64,000 nt of DNA from an uncultured Bacteroidota bacterium (GTDB taxonomy: Bacteria > Bacteroidota > Bacteroidia > UBA4408): assembly GCA_903831265.1 (NCBI GenBank), contig CAIKXD010000068.1, positions 5,198-69,197 of the forward strand, in the 5' to 3' direction. Below, piece by piece: positions 40,301-50,100 of the stretch. Within the stretch, counting starts at the first letter, position 1. Each line of letters opens with the position of its first letter. The notes below the pieces were generated by a model. That model saw only the letters and a list, made by a program, of their open reading frames with translations, ran no database searches and was not told the origin of the DNA. Made by a program: the position numbers and the translations under genes.

Positions 40301-41264
40301 CTTTATTGCCATTAATTCCTTTTCTGTTTTCAGGTGAATACTGAAAACGAGCAAAATTATTTGGCTTGTTGTTGTACTTATTAAGTCCTCCAAAAGTGGC
40401 CAACCATATTGTTCCCGAATAATCTCTGTAAATATCTTTTACAACATTGTTACTTAAACTATTTGGTTTAAGTGCATCATTTTGTACTACCTCTATACTC
40501 CCTGTTTTTTTGTTTAAAATGGTTAAGCCATTTTCTGTGCCTAACCAAAGCTGTGTGTTATCAAATTCAAAAATAGAAAATACACAATTGCTATTAAGGT
40601 TCCATTGTCGGTTTTTTTTAGATAACCTTGAATCCTTGTCATTAATATCATAAGCAATAATCCCTAAATTATTAGTTCCAATCCAAAGCGTTTTTTCTTG
40701 ATCAATAAATAAAGATTGTACAATGCTATTTTGTAAATTTTGTTGAAGAGTAATTGCTTTTAATTTGGATTTTTTTTCTCCAATATGCATTTCATACAAA
40801 CCATTATTAGCAGTAGCTGCATAAAGTATATTGTTGTGAATTAATAATGCGGTAAACTTTTGTTTAAGCTCGCTTCCTTTATACTGTAATTGATATAATG
40901 TAAATTTTTCCGCTATTGGGTCAAACATATTCAATCCATTGTCAGTAGCAATCCATAAATTGCCTCTTTCATCGATTTTAATATCGTGAATAAAATTACT
41001 TGAAATGGAGTTGCTTTCTTTGGGATAATTCTTGTAGACGTTAAAATGATAGCCATCATATTTATTTAAGCCATCTTGGGTGCCAAACCACATAAAACCA
41101 TGCTTGTCCTGCACAACGCAGTTTACATAGCTCTGAGATAATCCATCGCGAATTCCTAAATGATCGAAGCTAAAATTATTTTTTTGAGCATATAAAAATG
41201 AATGTGCAACAAAAAATGCAAAAAGCAATACACACCTAACAATATTTAATTTTATTTGATTCAA
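37344..41264 (-). CDS. multidomain sensor: periplasmic two-component-regulator propeller repeats + Y_Y_Y, single TM, class III adenylate/guanylate cyclase, C-terminal HD phosphohydrolase domain
   Basis: Signal peptide, then about 14 'NxIxxIxxDxxGxLWIGTxxGLNxxD'-type Reg_prop repeats. Y_Y_Y region. TM 'WWFRLLVVIMLAAIIYF'. Coiled coil. Cyclase motifs 'VMFTDFQGFT', 'KTIGDSYM', 'GINTGEIIAGVIG', 'DIWGDTVNTASR'. HD motifs 'HGIHHTIDV' and 'LFHDAGF'. Confidence 0.8.
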   Translation of the reverse strand: MNQIKLNIVRCVLLFAFFVAHSFLYAQKNNFSFDHLGIRDGLSQSYVNCVVQDKHGFMWFGTQDGLNKYDGYHFNVYKNYPKESNSISSNFIHDIKIDERGNLWIATDNGLNMFDPIAEKFTLYQLQYKGSELKQKFTALLIHNNILYAATANNGLYEMHIGEKKSKLKAITLQQNLQNSIVQSLFIDQEKTLWIGTNNLGIIAYDINDKDSRLSKKNRQWNLNSNCVFSIFEFDNTQLWLGTENGLTILNKKTGSIEVVQNDALKPNSLSNNVVKDIYRDYSGTIWLATFGGLNKYNNKPNNFARFQYSPENRKGINGNKVNCIYEDKTGTMWVGTESGINKFDRIQNKFKLFTPRINFNLTNATNNVWSIYDDVTSNISYIGSDGGLTVFDRETGVSFTIEMPSTIKSVSTAVTCIQRLSENILLVGCERGLFEYNIVNHKIIPFKLNKKEIDYLREKFMLCLTLDSKNNLWIGTKEGLYKIFLKNRTIEHYVNNSNSKQSISNNDIRAIFEDLNGNIWVGTNGGGLNRVDYIKETKGITDKIYFVKYLSNQDVENTLSNNNILSISQINEGSLWLGTYGGGLNNLDISSGKVNRCAYLEGIQNSTIYSILKENSNVLWCSSNNGLIKLRLNDSTIANYYENDGLQSNEFNSGAAFKSEKGELFFGGVEGFNAFFPNQILHDTIAPRIVITALMIFNQPVEANKSKVLKKSITYAEEIVLSYKQNFFSFDFSALHFSSPENNEFKYMMEGLDEDWNYVGTQNQANYTNLEPGEYVFKVLGSNSDGVWSKTAATIQIRITPPFWKTWWFRLLVVIMLAAIIYFYNRQRLNRVVKQKRFLENQIRERTATVMKQKEEIEAQKSIIEEQKKKTESLVHSILPKETAEELINKGFSRPRNYSMCTVMFTDFQGFTKIAEKLRPQQLIDELDKYFSKFDEIVGKYNMERIKTIGDSYMCAGGIPIRNKSNPIESVLAALEIQHFMRGAFIEIEGKKYEWKLRLGINTGEIIAGVIGKTKFAFDIWGDTVNTASRTESSGEAGKVNITKATYEYIKDFFVCTYRGKIAAKNKGDIEMYFVEKIRPELSSDTEGMTPNELFNEKFSQLLLDKFSFKKSEARILKLLAERLPEGLYYHGIHHTIDVTNSAEEIAREEGVDGEDLFLLKTAALFHDAGFVQEYVKNEKIGVTFAREVLPKYGYTERQIDIIDAIIMATEIPQNPKTLLEMIMCDADLDYLGREDFYEISASLKKELISFGKIQTDKQWDEMQIPFLEKHQYFTETNKRRRQPNKLKRIEELKNKLANSSNYIS

Positions 41265-41285
41265 ATAACCTGGGCTTTAGCTAAA

Positions 41286-42827
41286 TTACAATGGTATGTT
41301 GCCATGCTTTTTACGTGGCAAATTATCTACCTTATTTTTCAGCATTTTAAAGGCTGTAATCAGTTTTTCTCTTGTGTCTTCTGGCATAATAACTTCATCA
41401 ATATAGCCTCTTTCGGCAGCGCGATAAGGATTTGCAAAATGTTCTATATACTCCATTTCCTTTTCTTTTAGCTTAGCGGCTGGATCTTTTGCTGCCGAAA
41501 TTTCCGACTTAAAAATAATCTCAGCAGCGCCTTTGGCTCCCATTACAGCTATTTCAGCAGTAGGCCAAGCATAATTCATATCAGCTCCAATATGCTTGCT
41601 ATTCATTACATCATAGGCACCACCGTAGGCTTTTCTTGTAATCACTGTAATTCTTGGCACAGTTGCTTCGCAAAATGCATATAGCAATTTAGCACCATTA
41701 CTTATAATGCCATTCCATTCTTGATCAGTTCCTGGCAAAAATCCCGGTACATCTTCAAAAACTAATAATGGGATATTAAACGAATCGCAGAACCTAACAA
41801 ATCTTGCCGCTTTGTTAGATGATTTAATATCAAGCACGCCAGCTAAAAATGCTGGCTGATTAGCAATAATACCAATGCTTTTTCCACCTAAGCGTGCAAA
41901 ACCAACCACTATATTTTCTGCATAGTTTTTATGAACCTCTAAAAAACTATCAGTATCAATTACCTCTTGAATTACTTCACGCATATCATAAGGTTGATTT
42001 GCATTTTCAGGAATCAAACTGTTTAATTTAGGTCTCTTTTCGTTACCAATCTCATAGGCAATTGCAGGCGCTTCTTCCTCACAATTTTGAGGCATATAGC
42101 TTAACAAGGCTTTTATATTGTTAATGCATTCTATTTCATTTGCACATGAAAAATGTGTTACACCCGATTTGGTGCTGTGTGTAGATGCACCTCCTAATTC
42201 TTCACTACTTACTTCTTCATGAGTAACTGTTTTAACCACATTAGGCCCAGTAACAAACATATACGAAGTGTTTTCAACCATCATAATAAAATCAGTAATG
42301 GCAGGAGAGTAAACAGCACCTCCTGCACATGGTCCCATAATAGCTGATAACTGTGGAATCACACCCGATGCCCTTGTGTTTTTATAAAAGATATCTGCAT
42401 AACCTCCTAATGACACCACACCTTCTTGAATACGTGCGCCACCACTGTCGTTTAATCCAATTACAGGCGCGCCATTTTGCATGGCCAAATCCATTATTCT
42501 GCAAATTTTTTCTGCATGTGTTTCACTTAATGAACCACCAAAAACTGTAAAATCTTGAGAAAAAACATACACCAATCGACCATTGATAGTGCCATAACCT
42601 GTTACAACACCATCACCTAAATATTTTTCACGTTCTAACCCAAATTCATTTGAGCGGTGGGTTACCATCATCCCAATTTCCTGGAAAGACCCCTCATCCA
42701 TTAAAAAGTGTAAACGCTCTCTGGCAGTTAGTTTTCCTTTCTTATGCTGCGATGCAACGCGTGTTTCGCCACCTCCTAGTTGTGCTTCTTTTATTTTTTG
42801 CTGAAGTAAATCAGTTGCTATAGTCAT
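41286..42827 (-). CDS. acyl-CoA carboxylase carboxyltransferase subunit (propionyl-CoA carboxylase beta / methylmalonyl-CoA carboxyltransferase family)
   Basis: 513 aa. Tandem crotonase-fold carboxyltransferase domains. 'GGARIQEG' and 'GPCAGGAVYSPA' motifs. Confidence 0.9.
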   Translation of the reverse strand: MTIATDLLQQKIKEAQLGGGETRVASQHKKGKLTARERLHFLMDEGSFQEIGMMVTHRSNEFGLEREKYLGDGVVTGYGTINGRLVYVFSQDFTVFGGSLSETHAEKICRIMDLAMQNGAPVIGLNDSGGARIQEGVVSLGGYADIFYKNTRASGVIPQLSAIMGPCAGGAVYSPAITDFIMMVENTSYMFVTGPNVVKTVTHEEVSSEELGGASTHSTKSGVTHFSCANEIECINNIKALLSYMPQNCEEEAPAIAYEIGNEKRPKLNSLIPENANQPYDMREVIQEVIDTDSFLEVHKNYAENIVVGFARLGGKSIGIIANQPAFLAGVLDIKSSNKAARFVRFCDSFNIPLLVFEDVPGFLPGTDQEWNGIISNGAKLLYAFCEATVPRITVITRKAYGGAYDVMNSKHIGADMNYAWPTAEIAVMGAKGAAEIIFKSEISAAKDPAAKLKEKEMEYIEHFANPYRAAERGYIDEVIMPEDTREKLITAFKMLKNKVDNLPRKKHGNIPL

Positions 42828-42907
42828 ATGTATGTTAAATTATCGACAAACTTAAATCAAATTTAGGTAAATTAAAACCATGTTTTTTAAATGCTTTATA
42901 TATTCTA

Positions 42908-43621
42908 TTATTCTAACTCCCAAACAATTTGTACCTCATCATTCAATTCAATATCATCTGGTGTAAATCCTTGCAAAGCTCCTTGACCGCTGTCTTCTGC
43001 CATCATCATTCCTCTTGTTCTAGTCAGTGGATATGGGGCAATATTGGCAACTTGACCATAATCAATGGCTTTAATCGCTTTTATTTTTACACCCGATTCA
43101 GTTGCTAAATGATTGGCTTTTAATTTGGCGTCCTTCACAGCAAGTTTTATCAAGGTAGCTTCGGTTTGTTTGCTTAAGGTATCAGATAGCATAAAGTTAA
43201 AATGCATGTTGTAATCTGCCTTGTTATCTGAAAAGGTATTTAAAATTTTGGCTACTTTTTCTTTGCTGTAATTAAACTTTACCTGTAAACTTTGGGTAGC
43301 AAAATATCCGCTGTCTTTGGCAGCACCTCTGCGGTAAACCGAATGTTTATTTAACTGAAAATTAGTCGTTTTTATATCCTTTTCATTTAAGCCGGAAGCA
43401 ACAATTTGTTTTATTAGTTCTTTTGTTTTTTTATCTAAACCAAGCATTGCTTGATTTACGTCTGACCCAATAAAATTAGCACTTAAATTAAGCATTCCTT
43501 CATCGGGTTGCAATTTTAAATTAGAAACGCCCTTAACACTCATTGTTGCCACGTTTTTTTTGTCTTGTGCACAAAGCAAAAAACTTTGAACGAGCAATAA
43601 AATTGTAATGATCTTTTTCAT
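42908..43621 (-). CDS. SIMPL-domain (DUF541/BP26-like) periplasmic protein
   Basis: Signal peptide starting at the Met at 43621. 'MSVKGVSNLKLQPDEGMLNL' opening and the overall SIMPL pattern. About 237 aa. Confidence 0.6.
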   Translation of the reverse strand: MKKIITILLLVQSFLLCAQDKKNVATMSVKGVSNLKLQPDEGMLNLSANFIGSDVNQAMLGLDKKTKELIKQIVASGLNEKDIKTTNFQLNKHSVYRRGAAKDSGYFATQSLQVKFNYSKEKVAKILNTFSDNKADYNMHFNFMLSDTLSKQTEATLIKLAVKDAKLKANHLATESGVKIKAIKAIDYGQVANIAPYPLTRTRGMMMAEDSGQGALQGFTPDDIELNDEVQIVWELE

Positions 43622-43634
43622 ATGATAGTTATTT

Positions 43635-44554
43635 TTAATTTGAAGTTTTTTTAGCATAAGTATTTCGTCCAACTCTTACTCTAAAACCTATTCCAGGCAC
43701 AATAGTTATTCCTTTAAAGGCAAAAGAACTACCATTTAATAATTGGTAGCTACCATAGTTTTGATAAAACATAGAAAGTGAAGGAATTACAAAAACATGT
43801 TGAAAACCCACTTTCGCATTGATAAAGAATCCGTACGACATATACTTTTGCTGATAATTTTGAGGCAGAATAGAAGTTTTGTCTAAGTTATAGATATCTA
43901 TGGGAGTGGATGAATAATTTACAATGGAATAATTAGCTGCTAAACCCCATGATAAAGAACCATACTCTTCCTCATTGCCAAAAGAATAACTAAACAAGAC
44001 AGGCATAAAAAAATCTTTTCTGTTAAAGTTATATCCTAAGCGATCTTGCAAATATGAAAGAACCGATGGCAATGATTGACTTTGTGTTGTAATTTGCAAT
44101 CCAATACTTCCATAAATTTGTTTTGTTGTTTTATCATCTACATTTCCTGTGGGGCCCATAAATTGAAACTGAGTTTCTAAACCCCTTGCATTGCCTGCTA
44201 ATTTAGCGCCAATATCCCATCTTTTAAACACACCATATTTTAAATAAAATTCGTTACCGCTACTTATAGGATCTAACTGATAGGCTATAGCTGCCTTGTT
44301 TATATTTATAAAGTTTTCATCAAACTTTATACTATCCTTTAGAGCTAAATCTTCTATGTTATTTACAAGTAGGTCCTTAACATATAAGCTTGCTTGAGTA
44401 GAAATGTTATATGAAGTATGGTAACCTCCCGCAAAATTTCCTTTCGGAGTTACCTTGCCCGAATTGGAAATAACCCTTGGTGCCACGCATGAAGCCAAAG
44501 TTAAAACTGAAAATAAAAATAACATTACTTGCTTAAGCATACCCGTTTTTTGCA
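43635..44554 (-). CDS. hypothetical lipoprotein / outer-membrane protein
   Basis: Start taken at 'MQKTGMLKQVMLFLFSVLTLASC' (lipobox LASC). The longer ORF to 44786 would overlap the divergent rsmB-like gene and has an aberrant N-terminus. Confidence 0.4.
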
Positions 44555-44643
44555 TAACAAAGAAATGAATTTTAAATGGAAAAAAAACACAATGTTGATG
44601 GTTAAATCTATTAATTACCTTTACGCCAAATTTTAATACCAAT

Positions 44644-45885
44644 ATGAACAAGGATTTCAAGGGAGGAAAAAGAAAGGTGGTACTCGACCACAAAATACTC
44701 ACAAAGAATATTGCAGCTGTAATACGCGATGTAATTAAGGAAGGAACAAACTTAGACAAAGCACTTGAAAAAGTGATGAAGGCCAATAAAAAATGGAATT
44801 TTAGAAATAGAACTTACATTTATGAAACATGTAGTGATATGATTCGCTATTGGCGATTAATAGCCACAGCAGCCGATGCCGACAAAAATTTTACCGACAG
44901 CCAGTTTTATAGAATTTATGCAGCATGGTTTGTCTTCAGAGATAAAGAACTACCAATGCTACCTGCATTTAAAGAGGTAAATACCGATACCATTGAGCAA
45001 CGATTAAGAAAATACGAAAAAATTACCAAAATAAGAGAATCTTATCCCGATTGGATGGATGATTTATGCAAGCAGCAATTAGGTGCGGCGTGGGAAAAAA
45101 TGGCTATTGCGCTCAACCACGAACCTAAAATGATTTTAAGAGCTAACACCATTAAAACAAGCGTAAAGCAACTACAAGATATACTTACCGAGCATCAAAT
45201 TGAGAATAACATTGTACCCTGGAGCCCTTATGCTGTTGAATTAGTGTTTAGAAGAAATGTATTTCGTTTGCCCGAATTTAAAGAAGGTTTTTTTGAGGTA
45301 CAAGATAGCGCCTCGCAGATGGTAGCCGACTTTCTGCAGGTAAAACCTGGAATGCGTGTAATTGATGCTTGCGCTGGAACCGGCGGAAAAAGCCTTCATC
45401 TAGCTGCTTTAATGCAAAACAAAGGACGTTTAATTGCACTCGATAACAAAACTTTTAAACTAGAAGAACTTAAGAAAAGAGCGCGGAGAGCTGGCGTTTC
45501 TATTATCGAAACCAAAGAAATAGAAAGTACAAAAACAACCAAAAGATTAGTAAGCACAGCCGATCGTTTGCTTTTAGATTTACCTTGTTCTGGTTTAGGT
45601 GTATTGCGCAGAAATCCTGATGCCAAATGGAAGTTGCAACCACAAGAAATTACCAACCTTATTGCACAACAAAGAGAAATTATGGAACGCTTTGCACCAA
45701 CAGTAAAACCTGGTGGAAAAATGGTATATGCCACCTGCAGCATTTTACCTATGGAAGGTGAAGATCAAATTAAGTGGTTTGTTGAAAAGCATGCAGAACA
45801 TTGGATACTGGAGGGCGAAAAAAGATATGCACCCACACAGTTTGATGCCGATGGCTTTTACATGGCCTTGCTCACAAGGAAATAA
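44644..45885 (+). CDS. rRNA cytosine-C5 methyltransferase (RsmB/RsmF, NOL1/NOP2/Sun family)
   Basis: SAM motif 'RVIDACAGTGGKSLHLAA', 'DLPCSGLGVLRRNPD' and catalytic Cys 'YATCS'. Confidence 0.8.
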   Translation: MNKDFKGGKRKVVLDHKILTKNIAAVIRDVIKEGTNLDKALEKVMKANKKWNFRNRTYIYETCSDMIRYWRLIATAADADKNFTDSQFYRIYAAWFVFRDKELPMLPAFKEVNTDTIEQRLRKYEKITKIRESYPDWMDDLCKQQLGAAWEKMAIALNHEPKMILRANTIKTSVKQLQDILTEHQIENNIVPWSPYAVELVFRRNVFRLPEFKEGFFEVQDSASQMVADFLQVKPGMRVIDACAGTGGKSLHLAALMQNKGRLIALDNKTFKLEELKKRARRAGVSIIETKEIESTKTTKRLVSTADRLLLDLPCSGLGVLRRNPDAKWKLQPQEITNLIAQQREIMERFAPTVKPGGKMVYATCSILPMEGEDQIKWFVEKHAEHWILEGEKRYAPTQFDADGFYMALLTRK

Positions 45886-45926
45886 TATATTAACACACTT
45901 TTAAAAATAGATTTTACTTATTGTAT

Positions 45927-45934
45927 TATCTTTG
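45927..45934 (+). promoter_or_regulatory. TATCTTTG -7 box upstream of sod
   Basis: Matches TAnnTTTG, 42 nt before the ATG. Confidence 0.35.
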
Positions 45935-45975
45935 AAATCAAAATCTATCATTAATCATCTTTAAATTTAAATACT

Positions 45976-46581
45976 ATGGCTTTTGAATTACCTAAATTGG
46001 CTTATGCCTACAATGCACTTGAATCAAATATTGATGCTAAAACAATGGAAATCCATCATACTAAACATCATCAAGCATATGTAAACAATGTAAACGCTGC
46101 TATTGCAGGTACCGATGCAGATAAATTAAGTGTAGAAGAAATTTGTGCAAACATTTCTAAGTATCCAATGGCCGTTAGAAATAATGGTGGCGGACATTAC
46201 AATCACTCCTTGTTTTGGACCATCATGGGGCCAAATGGTGGCGGCAATCCAACAGGAGAACTCAATGATGCCATCAATGCAGCTTTTGGTTCATTCGATA
46301 AACTTAAAGAAGATTTTAATAAGGCTGCTACCACAAGATTTGGCTCAGGCTGGGCTTGGTTAATTGTACATAACGGTAAATTAATGGTTACCTCTACGCC
46401 AAATCAAGATAACCCCTTAATGGATATTGCAGAGGTTAAAGGCACACCAATTTTAGCCTTAGATGTGTGGGAACATGCCTACTATTTAAATTACCAAAAC
46501 CGCAGACCCGACTATATTAACGCATTTTGGAATGTAATTAACTGGACCGAAGTAGCTGCAAGATTTAAAGCAGCAAAATAA
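45976..46581 (+). CDS. sodA: Fe/Mn superoxide dismutase
   Basis: '[12 protein letters not shown]...[12 protein letters not shown]' and 'DVWEHAYY' metal ligands. 201 aa. Confidence 0.95.
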   Translation: MAFELPKLAYAYNALESNIDAKTMEIHHTKHHQAYVNNVNAAIAGTDADKLSVEEICANISKYPMAVRNNGGGHYNHSLFWTIMGPNGGGNPTGELNDAINAAFGSFDKLKEDFNKAATTRFGSGWAWLIVHNGKLMVTSTPNQDNPLMDIAEVKGTPILALDVWEHAYYLNYQNRRPDYINAFWNVINWTEVAARFKAAK

Positions 46582-46589
46582 TTTCTTTT

Positions 46590-46643
46590 AGCGTCATTGA
46601 TTGATTTATATGATACAATATACTTTAATCAATGACGCTTTTT
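46590..46643 (+). terminator. Rho-independent terminator of sod
   Basis: 13-bp perfect stem 'agcgtcattgatt'/'aatcaatgacgct' followed by TTTT. Confidence 0.7.
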
Positions 46644-46656
46644 AATTTCAATACAA

Positions 46657-47082
46657 TTGCAAAGTAAATTTTTTCTTTCCTTCTTCTTTTTTATAATGCT
46701 AATTGGCACATCAAAGGCTAGTAATAGCCAATCAGATGCAGTGTTAAGTACATTCAAACACCTCGTCATTAATGAAAGTGAGTTGGCTACACAAGAAGTA
46801 AAACTTCCCTCAGAAAAAAAAATAAAATTAATTGCCCTTCTTCAAAGCGCTACTGTAGAAAATAAAAAAGTAACTGCAGCCATATTAACCCTAACTCTTG
46901 GTATGCTTGGTGTTCACCGAATTTATTTAGGCACCGCACCCTACATTCCAGCAGTATATTTGTTCACTTTTGGCGGAGGTTTTTTTGTGCTGCCCATCAT
47001 TGACTTGATAATGATACTAACCACCAACGACATCGCAAAATTCGAAAACAACAACAAAATCTTAATGTGGACAGGAGAGTAA
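46657..47082 (+). CDS. TM2-domain membrane protein
   Basis: Signal peptide followed by 'GMLGVHRIYLG...GGGFFVLPIIDLI', a two-helix TM2 signature. Confidence 0.6.
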   Translation: MQSKFFLSFFFFIMLIGTSKASNSQSDAVLSTFKHLVINESELATQEVKLPSEKKIKLIALLQSATVENKKVTAAILTLTLGMLGVHRIYLGTAPYIPAVYLFTFGGGFFVLPIIDLIMILTTNDIAKFENNNKILMWTGE

Positions 47083-47106
47083 AAAATTAATTATCTGAAT
47101 TTGGGC

Positions 47107-50100
47107 TTAATCTCTAGGAGTTAAAATCACTTTTATTGTTTTATTCAAGTACTCATCACTAATACTTAAATAATAAACACCAGTGACAACTTCGTCAAAT
47201 GCTATAAATTGCGTGTTCCCTTGCTTACTTGTTGAAATCTTTTTGCTGTACACAAGTTTACCTGTAACATCACATAAACTTAAATTAATGAATTCCGACT
47301 TTAATGCAGCTGTTGTTAAATTAATTCCATTTAAATTTGAAGGATTAGGGTAAACGGACCAATTTTCACCTTGGGCTGGTTTTATAAAGTTTACTGCTTT
47401 TACATCACTATATTCAAATTTACCGTCAAAATCTATTTGCATAAGTCTGTAATAAGACAAACCTTCATAAGGTTCAAAATCCATTGCCTTGTAATTTAGT
47501 ATTGTGTTGCTATTTCCAGCCCCATCAATTAAAGCAAAAGAAGCAAAATTAACACCGTCAATAGAGCGCTCAATCTTAAAATAATCATTGTTTGTCTCGC
47601 TCGCTGTTGTCCATGTTAATTCAATATTTTCAAGTACTGGCTGAGCATCAAAATTAATTAAACTAATTGGTAATGGAGAGCCATTCCCATTTGCTGTGAA
47701 ATCACTAAAAGAATATAAACCATTCCAAGTAATTGTCCTAGTGCCTGGATTTACTGATCCTGTGCCCATTTCAAAATTTGAACCAGAACCTAAAGCTGCA
47801 ATCCATCCTTGTGGGTTATGTTTAAATGGCTTTAAATTAGCAGTTATTGGTGCTGTGCCTTCATCTGCTGCAGCCCACTTATAGGTAACTCCATACCCTA
47901 TTTGAGTAGTAGGAAAATTACTTGGCTCTACTTGCCAGTAGCGCGATAAATAATTAGTAGATGTTCCCATACTTGGGTGAACCGATGGAATTACATTAAC
48001 ACTCACTTGGGAAGTAGCGCTCATTGGACCTTCATACAGCGATAAAGTCATTGGTGTATAATTAATTGCATCTCCAACAGGATAATTATAACTTGTGTTT
48101 GCTGTGGTTGTATATCTCACCAATTTTGCTGCGGCCAATCCCGAAATAAAATATTCATTGGCAGAACCCCCAGCTAATGATCCATTAACACCTGTAGTTC
48201 CAATAGTAAAAACATTACCATTCAAATCAACCTTGCCACTAATAAGGCCAACAGAATTTAATGCATTTACATTTCCATTTAGTATAACATTTCCTGTAAC
48301 AGGACTAAAATCTAAATCGTAAAATGTTTCTAAAGTTACACCAGCATTTATAGTTATTGATTGATCACCTATAATTTGCTTATCGAAAACTACTTTTTTA
48401 CTGTTATGAGTAAACGCACTAGATGCCCCCGTTCTTGTCCAATTGCCTCCTATCGAAAATACTCCTGTGTAGGCTGGGCTTAGCGTAAAGGTTCCATTTG
48501 TAATGGTAAGGTTTCCTCTCAAGGCCCTTGTGTTTTGCATCTGCAAATCAGTGCCAATGTCTTTTACTTCCACATTCCACGGGATACCCGGATTGCCTGA
48601 TCCAATTGCACCTGTAGCCCATGTTTTATCATTAACGCCTACCTGATAATCAACAGTATTTGCAAATCGCAATAGTGAATTAATTCCGTAATAGCATGGG
48701 TTAAGTGTTTGACCTACCGAGCCAGCTAACATTACCTGCAAAACGCCATTAATAGTGGTTGGATTTCCTGAACCAAAATCAACAGCACCATCGCCAATCC
48801 GAACCAACACGTTACTATCAAAGTTCAATAAAGTACCACCAAAAGAACTCACTGTCTTGGTAAAAAGTAAAGGTGAGTTTCCGCCTTGGCCAGTAATATC
48901 AAAAGTACCTCCCAAAGAGCCAACAATCGACCTTGTTCCACCTCCACTTATTGTTATGCTTCCTGCAAAAGATGGCGATGTTGCATTTCCTCTATCAGTA
49001 AATGTAAAAGTTGCTAAATCCAAATCACCACCACTCAAAATTAAATCTCTATTAATTGTTTTATTTTGATTAATAGTTAAAGTACCTAGTGTTATTTCAA
49101 GATCTCTTACTTTACTTAAATCTTGTATAAACTCTACTCCACTTGTCATAGTTGCATCGTAACGCAAATCATAGCTATTACCTGCACCAATAGTTGGCGA
49201 TGCGCTCATGGTTGCCGTGGCTGAACTTCTGCATATTTGTGATCCATTCGCCATAGTATTCGTAAAGCCATTTAATTCATAGGAGCCATTCGTTAATTTT
49301 AAACGGTTATTAATTGTGGTATTTGTATTGATGCGAACACTTGCTCCTACATTGTCTATGTTTAAATAACCAAAGGCAAATATGTTGTTACTGATGATTT
49401 GCTGCGTTGTCCCATTCATAGTTATCTCTCTTCCATTTTGTGTAAATGTTCCACCTGCATTGCGCGTTAAGTTACCTGCTATTTGTATATCGCCTCCTGC
49501 TGCAATACTCAAATTTAAAGCGCCTGTGCTTACTCCACCTATGCTTACATTGCCTTTTACGATTAAAGGATTTGACATTGCTCCCATGCTCAAGTTGCCG
49601 CCTTGGTTTATGTTTAAATTTCCAGCTATTTGTCGGGTTGCGCTGCCCCCATTGCTTAAATCTAATGTTGTTACAGTTCCATTTTCATCTATATCAACAT
49701 GGTAGGGATAACCGGGTCCGCTTGTTGCGCTCCATTCTAGGCCTCTTCCGTAGTTATTTCCACTAAAATATCTCAAAGTAGAACCTGCGGAATAGCTTGG
49801 TGCATTGCTATTCACAAAGCCGCCCAATGCTAATTCTAAGGTGCCTTTGATGGTACTTATTGAATTGCCAAAATTCATTCCTGCACTTAATGCAACTTTT
49901 ATATGCGGTGCAAACTCCAATGTGCCACCTAAGTTACTTATTACGCTTTTATTCGCTTGTATATTTAACTGCGCTCCGGGCAATGTGCTGATGATACTTC
50001 TTACCCCGCCACTCACTAAAATGCTTCCGCCTGCATTTACTAAATTAAGCTTGTTGCCATTCAAATCTAAAACTCCAATGTTGATTAATTGTAGGGCATT

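Noticed and set aside
44555-44786. N-terminal 77-codon extension of the 43635 lipoprotein ORF
   Set aside because: The extension is hydrophobic nonsense that overlaps the divergent rsmB-like gene. A proper lipoprotein signal peptide starts at the internal Met at 44554.
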